Positions 1 to 11,100 of a stretch of 40,856 nucleotides of DNA are shown here, piece after piece. The notes under the pieces are model-generated. The model was not told the origin of the DNA. It searched no databases and saw only the letters and a program-made list of their open reading frames with translations. The stretch spans positions 62,001 through 102,856 of the forward strand of contig JAUGWO010000105.1 in assembly GCA_049724395.1 (NCBI GenBank), given 5' to 3'. The stretch comes from Spongospora subterranea f. sp. subterranea (Eukaryota). Position numbers and translations under genes: made by a program. The first letter of the stretch is position 1. Every line of letters starts with the position of its first letter.

Positions 1-108
1 ATTGCCTCCTTGCGGGAGCACAGACTCAGCTATGTCGAGCATGCAATTCAGGTCGTCGTCGTTCCACGCCGGTCCGCGACCTTTCTTCTTAGACGCCGTG
101 GCCGCCAT
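1..108 (-). CDS. 5' part of a Myb/SANT-like DNA-binding protein, probable Harbinger accessory ORF (runs off window)
   Basis: Manual translation from ATG at 108: MAATASKKKGRGPAWNDDDLNCMLDIAESVLPQGGN; the GRGPxW...L..LPxG pattern resembles Myb/SANT-like partners of PIF/Harbinger transposases; it lies directly downstream of the DDE transposase on the same strand. Confidence 0.55.
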   Translation of the reverse strand, partial: MAATASKKKGRGPAWNDDDLNCMLDIAESVLPQGGN

Positions 109-222
109 TTGTGTTGACACACATGCGCAAAAAAGAAAAAATACCTATTTGCGTGCGCACAAATATTGCGTGTGTCGAGACGATGGAAGACGAGGAGCGA
201 AGCAGTGACGGAAATGGGTTTT

Positions 223-1030
223 TCATGGATGGAAGAAATGTTGCAGAGGTCGGTTTTCCTGCAACGTCTCCTCTGATTGGAAATGCAGAATCAGTCCTGC
301 TCCAACGAGATTATGATCACACAGCTTTAATTGCAGACCACGACTCATTTTGCCATCGTTCCAAGACCCGGGACAATTGTGGCGTCCCCAGATCAAAGTC
401 CCATCCAGACCAAAACAAAAAACTCCAGTTACGAGGACAGAATGCAACCAACCTTGCACAATCGTTTTTAGTAGGTAGAGCCATTTAACAAACAACCTAC
501 CATTGTACATCGCGTTTTGCAGGTCCGCATCAGATGGTTGCTGCACTCTGAAGTTCTTGCCATCGACGAACCCAAAGACACCTTCAACAAGCGGTTCGCG
601 TTCGTTGGTAAGTTCTGCCCACCGTTGCTGCATCGGTATAGAAGGCCATTGGACAAACGACTCAGGAATGTCGCGAAGCGCCTTGCTGAAAGCGATTTCA
701 GCATGTTTCAGCACTCGACTAAAAGTGCTTGGTGAAACGGCAAACAGTTCAACCAGTGTCTTTTGTTCTGTTGCATGAGTGTAGAAATGCAGGAGTAAAG
801 CCAATACGGCGTGCTTGAAAACGAGTCGACATGGACGTCCACGCTTTCCTGTGCCACTCTTTAGCACATAATATCGATCAAAAACAGATAAAAGCCGGTC
901 AAATGAGCAGGGAGGTATTGATACCACATTATTGAAGGTGCCTGCATCTGCATAAATCGTGTACCAAACGGAATTTTCTTGATCCACAGGCAGGGATGTC
1001 GACGAAACCACATTTCGAACACGAATGAAT
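223..1030 (-). pseudogene. PIF/Harbinger (DDE_Tnp_4-like) transposase, decayed
   Basis: ORF 223-1011 has an HTH-like segment (LVELFAVSPSTFSR), GFVDGKN, NAMYNG/WLHSV and NCPGSWND. A 48-nt GT-AG intron at 453-500 restores MYNG-WLH. The DSAFP motif is frameshifted (~275-290) and the C-terminal catalytic-E region is missing. Confidence 0.8.
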
Positions 1031-1216
1031 CAGGCGATCGAGGGTGCACTAGCTGGGAAGCTGTCGCAGTGCACAGTCATTGACAAAATCGAAATCCTAC
1101 TTCACATCCGTCCCCAGGGTGATAGCATTCCTGCTTTGGGAACGGATGTGAAGTAGGATTTTGTCAATGACTGTGCACTGCGACAGCTTCCCAGCTAGTG
1201 CACCCTCGATCGCCTG
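1031..1216. repeat. Near-perfect fold-back inverted repeat (~80-bp arms, ~20-nt loop)
   Basis: caggcgatcg...tgacaaaatc[gaaatc]ctacttcacatccgtcccca (1031-1116) is the reverse complement of 1137-1216 apart from one 6-nt indel and one mismatch. Confidence 0.97.
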
Positions 1217-2001
1217 CTTCAGCGTCATGTTCTAGATATCAAATTTAAACATTAAGTGAACGCATGCGAAGCAGGATGGCCTGAAAAAGTTTCTGGTCAC
1301 GACGAGAATCTTCTACCGCTGTCAGCGCAAGGTAAATCATCTCCGGTCTCATGGTGCGGTTGAAGTTACCTTCTTGGGTTGAATGCGGTTTTTTTTGGCG
1401 GCACCCTTACGCACAAACTGCCGCACAAACATATTTGTGCGACTAACATAAAAAGAATATGCGTGGCATCTGCGAGATTTTTGAGAGGCCTTCAATCTGT
1501 TGCCGGATTTCTGTCTCTTGCGATTGCACATAAATTCAAATAATGATAAAAATATGGTAGAAATTTTTTGCAGAGCTTATAGATAAGATTCGTAACTCTC
1601 GTTGGAAACGAGACATCCTGCAACCAACGTTGTGAGCCCATTGTTATCAACACAAAGTGAACAAAATCACAGGCTTCCAAACGATTTGCTTCGTAAGTTG
1701 CATCGACTTCTAGAACGTTATTGAATAGTTGAAATTTTTCTCTTTACCGTTTGTGGATACCCACGGAATCCACTCTAAGCGCATCGTCAATGCATGTACC
1801 TTGAACTCTTCGAGATGGATGGGTTTCATCTCGATCGGCATTCCAACTCGACTTGCCTGAGCCAGCACGGGTCGCCGCAGAGTAGACCACTTGACATTTT
1901 GCGATATCATTCGACATCTGCCTGGAGTCATTACACTTTCACCTTTTTTGCGAAGTACGTCTAGGGATGTGGCAACATCCCAACTCATGCGCTTTCAGAA
2001 T

Positions 2002-2391
2002 AACATGATAGCAAACAACGTGTACATCACCAGAGATGGAATATGTAAACGATTATGTTCGTTGCCCCAGATCTACAGAAGGACTAGCAAACATGGTCAA
2101 GATTCCCGCGCGAGTTGCTTCGGCACCTTGTGCTATCAGCGCATGCTCAAGGCGTTCAACGACCGCGGAACAGTAAAGTCTGTTCCTCCACGTCAAGGTC
2201 TTGTCCACATAATCGACCTGTGAGGAAATTCGTTTTCATCCTGAATTTGCCATCCTGGCGAGCCTCGATTTCGGTTTCTAATTGGCTCACTGCACGTCTG
2301 CCTCTCCTCTGGCACGATCCGCTACCCGCAAACGCTCCGGGGCAACGCAACCCACCGTTGCTGCACAGCACCGTTGTTCGGGGTCATGATT
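2002..2391. repeat. Highly diverged inverted duplication (weak)
   Basis: Collinear patchy matches between ~2002-2097 and the reverse complement of ~2292-2391 (catga..aacaacg; gttcgttgccccaga vs gttgcgttgccccgga; cagaaggactagcaaacatg vs cagagaggaggcagacgtg). Confidence 0.35.
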
Positions 2392-2857
2392 TGCGAAATG
2401 AGAAATGAACAAGGGCCCATCGGTGTGAACGGTACCACCGCTAGCGGTATGTACACTTACAGACTCTACAGTATTGAAAATACCTCTTTCAGGAGGTCGC
2501 GGTCACAACTGTAGCCCGTAGGAGTGTCGGTATCCGCACGCACATCCTGATTTCTCAGCTTTCCAACAGACAACGCTATCCATTTCCTTTCAGCTTTTGC
2601 GGCCCTGCTCGCCGTCCTTCACCTCATATCAGGAATTAGATCCGGTGAGAGGAACCATTGAGCTGTCTTTCATCTACACCTCAGGAATCAATATTGGCCC
2701 ATAATGGCGAGCGTTCGTTCTCTGAGGTTCCGTCGGCTTTGGCCACACCAAAAGATGCTTCGCTAGATGCATGAATCGATAATGAGGACGCACTCACGCA
2801 GCATTCAGATTTGACCATCGAATAAATAAGCTTTCTAGATGGCTTCACCGTTATCGA

Positions 2858-3412
2858 TGACATGCTTCACCTGTTTCTGGAGGAACAGGTTCTTTTGAAA
2901 TGCGGTAGTTTCGATTCCAACCGTTGGGAATTATGTGACGGCGATGGTGGATCTGTGCGTCAGCAAGCGGCCATGAAGATGAACTTCCATGAGAACCCCC
3001 ATGATTTAATATGTTGCGACTTTGAAAACGCCGATTTCGAGACACAAGAGCATCGCCGAATCAACTTTATTGATCGTAATGCCGGCACCTTGATCAATGG
3101 TTACACGACCACCGCATGGTTCAGCTTGCGAATACCTTCTGGAGGAAACCCAAGGGTTCGGACAGCACTTAAGTGAGTTGTGTGTATTGCTTCTTTCCCA
3201 ATGCATACGCTTTTCTTCACGATAGAATCCCGCGGATCCTGATGGGAGTTCATCTTTCATGGCGCTTGCTGACGACACAGATTCACCATGGCCTCATATA
3301 CCCGAGGATGGTTGACTTCCCAACGGTTGGAATCAAATCTGTCGCATTTTGTCGGCGCTTTCGAGAATGCCTTCCCGAAACCTGTTCCTCCAAACACAAG
3401 TGAAGACTGTCA
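2858..3412. repeat. Diverged inverted duplication, arms 2858-2990 and 3242-3412
   Basis: Shared blocks in opposite orientation: agttcatctt, cgcttgctgacg, ttcccaacggttggaatc, acctgttcctcca, gtgaag..tgtca; several indels; ~250-bp spacer. Confidence 0.85.
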
Positions 3413-3635
3413 CCGGTAAGGTGGAGCCATTTGGAAAACCTATTTTGACACACCATTGTACAAACTCATCATGGCGAGACGAATAGGCCTACCAAATTTT
3501 TGTCAACAAAGCCCTGGAGTCATCAGCTGGAATTGACAATATCCCAGATATGCTCGATGAAGCTTTTATACAAAATGGCCGTCGGTTAACTTTCTTAATA
3601 AAGTGTTTTTTATCATTTGAGTTAATTCAAGACTC

Positions 3636-6600
3636 TTAAGCATAACCAAATCCGACATAATCAATATGCGATAATACGATCTGAAGTTTTATCCGTACGA
3701 CATCCCTGTCATGAATACCATGTCAAAAATTGGGTATACACATATAGGAACGCTTACTCGTCAGCGTAATCGGGCATATCAAGTGTGTGAAAGCAAGTAT
3801 GGCCGACAGGTAAGCGATCTAAACCGCTTACTTTGCGGATTGTGATTTTCCTTTGTAAACCACCAATTGGTAGACACGATAAAGACCTGAAACAAAAATG
3901 GATCACATAGACACCAATCCCACCTTGCTCAATGACGTACGTGCATAGGCGTAAAAACCTCCTGAGATCACGTTCTGGGCAAGTCTTAAGTACATCGACC
4001 ATCATTATCGGTGTGACGCTATCCGCCCATGCATCTTCAAAGACAATTTCCTTTAACAGAGTAGTGGCATCAATTGTGTTTACACCGCAGATCAAGACGC
4101 GAAGATCCTCGGGTGCTAGACGTGCACATTGTTCACGGAGCCCCTACACGGTATCCATTCAAAACAGGATTGTAAAACACATTTACCTTAATTACGGTCA
4201 AGGTAAAGAATCCTGTCCTTAACGCCTCCAACTGAGGCCTGCGCCTTTCTATCAAAAATTGTTTGATCTTCTCATGCACGTAGGACCTTAGCCATTGTCA
4301 GCCAAAGTACTTGAAGCAACCCACAGCATCTTACCTCCTATTGCAAGGAAGGGGCATGTCGATCTGAACATCCAAGGATCGCTGCGGAGTGGTGCTTGCC
4401 AACATCATATTTCGAAATGAATTTGCCATTGTGCGATCGTAGTCATAAAGATCAGACAAATCCGGATCTAAAACATTTCCCACCTTGAGAATCTATTAAC
4501 CCTTATCAAGACAAGGCCGCTCACCTATATCTAAAAAGAACTTCATTATAGCCGTAGAGAATGTCAAAGGCACAACTCTTCCATCTATCAACGTTTTGCA
4601 CATAGCCTTCCCCACAGCGGCGTAGAAGGACAGTGAAAAATTTTGCGGATTTGGCAAATATGAAGGCCCATTCGCCGGGCAATCTTCCTCTGGTGCTGAT
4701 TCAAACAAGTTTTCACTTGGCTGGACTATTTTCAGGAAAAACTCAGTGAACAAATCCGCGGTTAAACCTCCTGAAACATGGAAACTGAGTTGAATCAATT
4801 GGGGCTCCCAATGTAAATTTACCTTGATCAATTCCCTGAGAAGACTGTGCACTGTATTTTGTACGAAAATTTAGAAGAAGATCTCCACTGACAGCAGTTT
4901 CCAAGGCTGTTATCATTCCATACAAAATGCTGTCTCGTTCAACGGTTATCAAAAAATCATGCGACCTCCTCGCGAGGCTTTGCAAAAATGATTGCATCTG
5001 ACGGATTCGACTTTCGGAAGTCAAACGTATCTAAACCGGGTCAATGGAAACATTTTTTGCTTTTAAAACCAACTGTACCAATTGCCTTGCTGATATCATT
5101 TCTTTGACAATGTCGCCGCTGCAGAACGTTAAATCGAGCGCATTGGAGGCAGAACATTTTTCCGATATAAGAGCATCTAATATTTCCCTGACCGACTCGG
5201 GCGTATCCGAAGGCAATGGTCCCAATGGAACACCTGGAATAAGTTCCATGTCTGTAATGTACGACAAGAGCATTGCTCCAACGTGCCAGGTATCACTAAC
5301 AACTGCTCACTACATTGAATTGCTGACAAATTCACAAATTCCTCTTAACGACAAACCTGGACGATTCACAGCCATGGCGAGATGCTCGTAATGGCGCGCT
5401 CGGGAGAAATCAACAAGCACAGGGGAGAAGTCGTACGATACGAGAAGAACATTACGAGGATGGAGATTACCATGGCAAATCCCACGTGACTGAAGCGCAG
5501 ATAAAGCTCGTAACAACAGGATGATAAGATGGCGAACCTGTACAAAATGAGGATAATGGAATCAAAATAAATTAGATTCTCCGACCTCATGTCCTTCCGG
5601 TTTACTTTTAAGCCAGTCTTCAGCGTTTCCTTTTGAATAAAGATTGGACTTTCAATATACGCATGTCCTGTCTCTGGAGCAATAAATATCGCATTGATCG
5701 GTGCAATGAAGATAGACGTTTCTTGAAGGGTGCTTCGAACAGAGACATCAGCAATTAATGCAGCAACATGGGTCGGTTGTCCTAGATCAAATTGCTTTAG
5801 AACACATGGTTCATGACCGTGAAGCAAGCTCCTGAAAATAGACAAAGTGAGATAAATGATGATAACTTCCGACAGATAACTGACCTTGTCACCCTGGAAG
5901 ACAGCGGCTCCTGTTCTAGCACGAACTCACTAAGAGAGCAAAAGGAAACAAGACCGGACCTGAGAGCAAAATATTGAGGAAACCAAACCTGTGTGAAAGG
6001 AACGAACACGAACATACTTTCTAACTGGCAACGGAAGAGCCGCCCAGGGATCAGCGTCGTTATCATAATCCGGTAAACCAACCATCTTGGCTTTTACATT
6101 ATTGATGTCTTGAGTAAACGAAAAAATTGTGGTTTCAGCTTCGGTGATAGCCTGGCTAGACAATTGATGTAGGCGCATCATGCTAAGCTCGCATTCCATT
6201 CTTGTCAAATGCACCCCCATGTCGACTAGTTTTCCGTTCAAAGCGACTTTCTGCACAATTTGAGCCTATGACCATTGTTCGAATATTCAACAAGCGACGA
6301 GAGACATACGCGACAGCATACCTCTCGAAACGAAAAGATTTGCTTGGGAGGTTGCAAGATCAAACTGCAATGTTGTTGTATTTCAAAACAATGAAGACGT
6401 TGCCTTTCAATGATATCTAAGATATGTTCCAATTCCACACAAAAGTGGGATGCATCATGCCACATCAACAGACGGCCATTTTTCTCAATATTTCCCAGGG
6501 ACTCTGCCTTCTTCATCAAAGTAATAAATTTATCCTCTGGCTGCGGTTGTGGTTGTGGTTCTTCAACTCTGGGAGCAACTTGCGTTTCATCGCTGCTAGA

Positions 6601-7611
6601 CACAGGTTCTACGCCAGAATTGACGTCATTTTTTGCTTTGGAAAGCCGTTCTTCCTCCATATCTGACGTAATTTTTGCGGCATCTGTTCTGGCAGATTCA
6701 ATCTATTGACTATGTTATATCAATTCTGAATGTATAAACAGCATTATTACCTCGTTGCGAGAAACCTCGATGTCCTTTTTTCTAGTTTCCAGTGAATCAA
6801 TCCATCGTTGTGCATCAGTAACGCAATCGCTGATCGGTTTCATCAAGTTTAGAACTGGAATGGAATCAGGACTACTGGATATACGGTCTCTACTTTCTTT
6901 CAGGCGGGCGGCAGTGCTGGGGATCACTTCAGAGAGTGCAGTCATGTCGGCTATAATTTCTACATCCAAACCAGGTCAATAGGGCCGGTGCTTAACAATG
7001 TGAGAACGTACTCATCGATAAGTCAATGCACGGTTGGGTTTTCGCTAATGCCTTATTCGAAATGTTTATGCAACGTTGCGAAGCATCTTCAAGATCTTGT
7101 CGACTGAGCGTATGACTAAACTGATTGATCCCGTGGATTGTGATCCTGAGGTGCTGTAAAGCTGCATATCGCGCTTCACGAAGACAGGATACTTCACTAT
7201 CAAGGCTTTTCCTTTGCGAGACTATCTGTGAAAACTGACTGAGAATGGGAGGCCCTACCATCACAAAAACAAATTTGATTGAGATGGTAATTTTCAGAGT
7301 AAGAGAGCACCTTTACCGAGTTCAACGATTAATCGAGCAAGGGTTTCAACAGACTTTTGCTGAGCTACTTCTGCCTGAAGAGCATCGAGAGCACTTTGAT
7401 AATCTGACAGCGTCGGCTCTGGTGCTGGCCTAGGGCCGTCGCAGGCTTCGCATTTTTCCGGACCAAATTCGTTTACAAAAGTGCATTGTGGGCAGATCCA
7501 TGGGGCCGTTATCACTCCAATTGGAGCTGTGTCGTCCAGGGGCACATTACACATTGGGCACAACGCGGCGCCGTCCTCGCAGATAAACGTACATCTGGGA
7601 CACGTGACCAT
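3636..7611 (-). CDS. Multi-exon HECT E3 ubiquitin ligase with two RanBP2/NZF zinc fingers, coiled-coil region and kinase-like (pseudokinase) domain
   Basis: Zinc fingers MVTCPRCTFICEDGAALCPMC and WICPQCTFVNEFGPEKCEAC; kinase-like CVLKQF...GICHGNLHPRNVLL...VLVDFS; HECT motifs GGLTADLFTEFF, YLPNP, VGKAMCK, RRFLRLCT and catalytic LPVGHTCF. A spliced last exon ends GFGYA-stop (TAA 3636-3638). The start Met and internal exon boundaries are approximate. Confidence 0.85.
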
Positions 7612-8159
7612 AGACGGTGACGATTGCCTTTTGCCGGCGCCTTTGGTGTCCGCGGAAATTAGCAGCGGTGGGGGAAATCGCTTTTGGATATTTCCCTCTG
7701 AATGAATCAATGATGATCCACAATCAGTTTAATAATGTCTGTAACACGAACAGCAGCGGCGCGTAGTAATTGGGCACTGCTCTAGCACTTCCCTGTGCAC
7801 CGTCGATAGTGTATGCACGTCAGACCGTAATTTGGCTGGCCCGCAGCCTTGGCCCGCACCTGTCCGTCAGACAGGGAGCGGCGTTGCGCAACTGCTGACA
7901 CAGTGACACTCCGGGAACAGAACTGGCGCCAGTTGCTTTTGGCTCGGGGCGGAACCTAACACGACCGCAAGACAATGAGGTAGTATGGGCGGAGATCCAA
8001 GGCTAAATGGGTAATGGAGTGCAGGTCACACAGATCGACCTATGGTTAGGGAGAAGTTCGAATCTGCTTTGACGGCAGTTTTTGGAAATGGTTCTGGAGT
8101 TCTGGAATGATTTTGATAAAATAATCATGACTCATTTATTGATGTATGACATCAGTACA

Positions 8160-11100
8160 TTAATCTACTTCTTGTTTAAAAGATGAACTTGCTACTGGAA
8201 GCATGTGGAATGATCGTTGGGAGAAACTCAACTCTGGGCCTTTCGAAGGGGAAAGAATACCAAACTGTTCCGGTTCTTCCTTGTCACCGTCGTCAATAGC
8301 TGCAACCGCTTTCACTCCAACTTGTGAGTCCAGCTTTGCTAAGGTCCTTTCCCTCTTCAACTTCAAAATTTTGAAGATAACTTTAGCGGCTTGAACGACA
8401 AACAGCAATGTAAAACTGCCGATCATGACGATGAGGAGGATGCTCAATCCCACGTCAACGCTATCGTCAGTGTCAAACTGGCCGCTAAAAGTATATCCGC
8501 ATATAACGGCACAGAAAATCTCAATCTGTGCGAAAAGATGCAATCTATCATCTCCTTTTCTGATATACGGTCTAATTAAGAGCAGAAGTACTGTGTAAGT
8601 CATCGACATGATAGCAGCGGCCTGATTATTCATATATTAATGTCCGATGGATAGCGAATTTGGGGAGAATACCATTAATTGATCCTGCGCCGGGAAAAAA
8701 GCAACTAACCCAGTTAGAGAAACTTTGTGTAGCATATCAACCATCTCGAACCACCAAATCTTGTGATCATATGCATCGTATAAAAACCCTGTTTTTCGTC
8801 AACAACTAGCTGTGATTGTGCTTTCAAGTAGCTAACCTAGTTCCGCTTTCACACCATCTTCTTGTAACCGATGTCGATAACGCCATAGCATAATAAAGAA
8901 GAACAACGGAATCCCAACTGGGTATAGCAAGATGAAGAACGCGCCTATGGACATAATCAGAATGTGGAAATACATCAGAATTGATTGCTAAAACCTAATC
9001 CAAGGTATTTTTTATGCGTCTCGTCGTAGCACGTTAGCCTCATATCCGAACGAAGGTAGTAGACCCCTTCAACTTTTGTGCAAACGAACAAGCGCAATAT
9101 CGTAGATGAGACGGTAGGATATATCAAAAATAAGCTATTCAAATGGCTTAGAAGCAATTCCTGAAAATTACAAAGGCTTTACCTGAAAACCAGCATACGC
9201 CAAAATTTCTTCCTAGAGCGCTTTCGACCCGCGGCCCCAGTTTGATGGCTTAATACTGTTTTTGGAATCAAATACAGGGTAATCACCATGAATAAAAGAA
9301 CTAGAGGGGTGAACGAGACGAAGATGAATTTCTGATAAAACGTTGACCCTTGTTTGCGATATCAGATAAATCGTAAGAACTCCAGACATGAACCTACGAA
9401 TGACACATTCCAGACCCGACGAAGCAAACAAATCGAGATTGATAGCTGAAAAGAGGCTGATAAAATTTCTGAATGTGCCTGGTAAAGGAGTCTCGACAAT
9501 CGACATCAAAGTGGTTAAAATTTGTGTGAACCCTTAATAGATTTCAGTTTTGAACATCAACAATTTCGACATCACTTCACCTAGCATTATTTTCAGCTTG
9601 TACGAAAAATTCGGTTTTGGAGTAGGTTGTCCATGGATCGCTGCTTCCTCTGCTTGTGCAGCCTTCAATCGAGCCGCTTCAGATGCATGAGTTTTCTGTA
9701 ATGCATTGGCGTCGTTCAAACCAACTCCAATGACCTCACTCCAAAACATTTCATTTTCAACAGCAGCATCCTATCAGCACCGCATCAATATCAACAGCAA
9801 TCTTCTTCAGCAAATATGACATACCTGAGCTTTAACGTGCTGCATTTTCGCAGCGCCAGCGCGCAAGACAATGAAAAATTGTGCCCATAGTGCAGCCAAG
9901 CCGATAGTGGCAGCGATGAAGAAATACGTCAAACTATCTGCTTGCGAAGGACAGCCATTGCAGTCTCCTCGTTGCGTTAAATAGAATCCATCATGACAAA
10001 CAGCACAGAGCGGTCCTTCATGATTGGCTTGGCATGTGGCGGCAACACCTCCATCACAGTTCTTATGAAGGATACACCGATAGAAACTGGTGCTGACGTT
10101 TGACGGTTTCCAATAACCTTTTTGAGCCTCCAGGGTCTCTGGGGAACTGTGTCAGATTGCTGGATCTGAAAAGCGATGATCCAATCATGCTTACCGACGG
10201 TTAAACCTGATTGAGCACACTTCATTCCTTCCGTGCAAACCTTAGATCAAGAAACAAAGTTCAACAAAAAAGACTAACGAGAGTTCTGTAAATCGATACC
10301 TGACATTGCGTCGATGGGTCATCTCTTTCGTCACTGTAAAACCCGACATTGCAAAGGCACTCAGAATGGAAAGCATCGGATTCAGAGTTGACATCGCACG
10401 CGGCACATTGAGACGACCCAGGTTTAGTCGATACTTGCCTTGTTGGACATGTTTCACACGATTCCGCAGCAACTCCACTGAATGTTCCGGCAGTACAATT
10501 GGAGCAAGACGAAACACCATGACCAGCAACAGATGCAGCACTATAGCGTCCTAAGGGCAATGTCACAACACTATCAAATTATTGCAAAAATCGTGAACCT
10601 GCGGGACATTCTTCACATTGCGGCTGGCCTAGGAGAGCTTGAAACATTCCAGATGAGCACGGATCACAGCTCGTTGACCCATTCGCTCGCTGATGCGTTC
10701 CAACAGGGCAAGGCTTGCAAGCAGTCATGCCCTCATCATCCTGACAATTGTATCAGTGCTTTGATCCAATAACTTGACTGGGATCAGTTACTGAATATGT
10801 GCCAGGACCACAATCCAAACAGAGCTGCTGTCCAACTTTATCCATGTATTTTCCCGTTGGGCACAGTGTGCATATTTCAAGACGAGCGTCTTTCCGTAAG
10901 CTGAATCTTCCAGCTTCGCAAGGATGGCAGACGCTATTATTTCTGCCAAGGGAGAATGTGCCACTAGGGCAATCTGTACATTCAGTGGATCCGGTGCCAG
11001 AAGCTGCTTGACCTGACGCGCACGCTTTACACAGTGATGCTTTGCGGTCTGAAAACCAGCCTAAGGAACAGACGATCAACTTGGGAACTTTCAAAAATAT

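Noticed and set aside
1845..1900. P-loop-like AGSGKS on the minus strand
   Set aside because: No supporting helicase/ATPase motifs nearby.
2427..2449. gaacggtacc match to the retroelement leader motif plus a small palindrome
   Set aside because: Only 10 nt with no downstream similarity; compatible with chance.
7612..8170. Splice fusion of the giant receptor to the NZF-kinase-HECT gene
   Set aside because: GT/AG pairs exist but I could not build an open spliced frame; AATAAA follows the receptor stop and the HECT gene has its own plausible Met.
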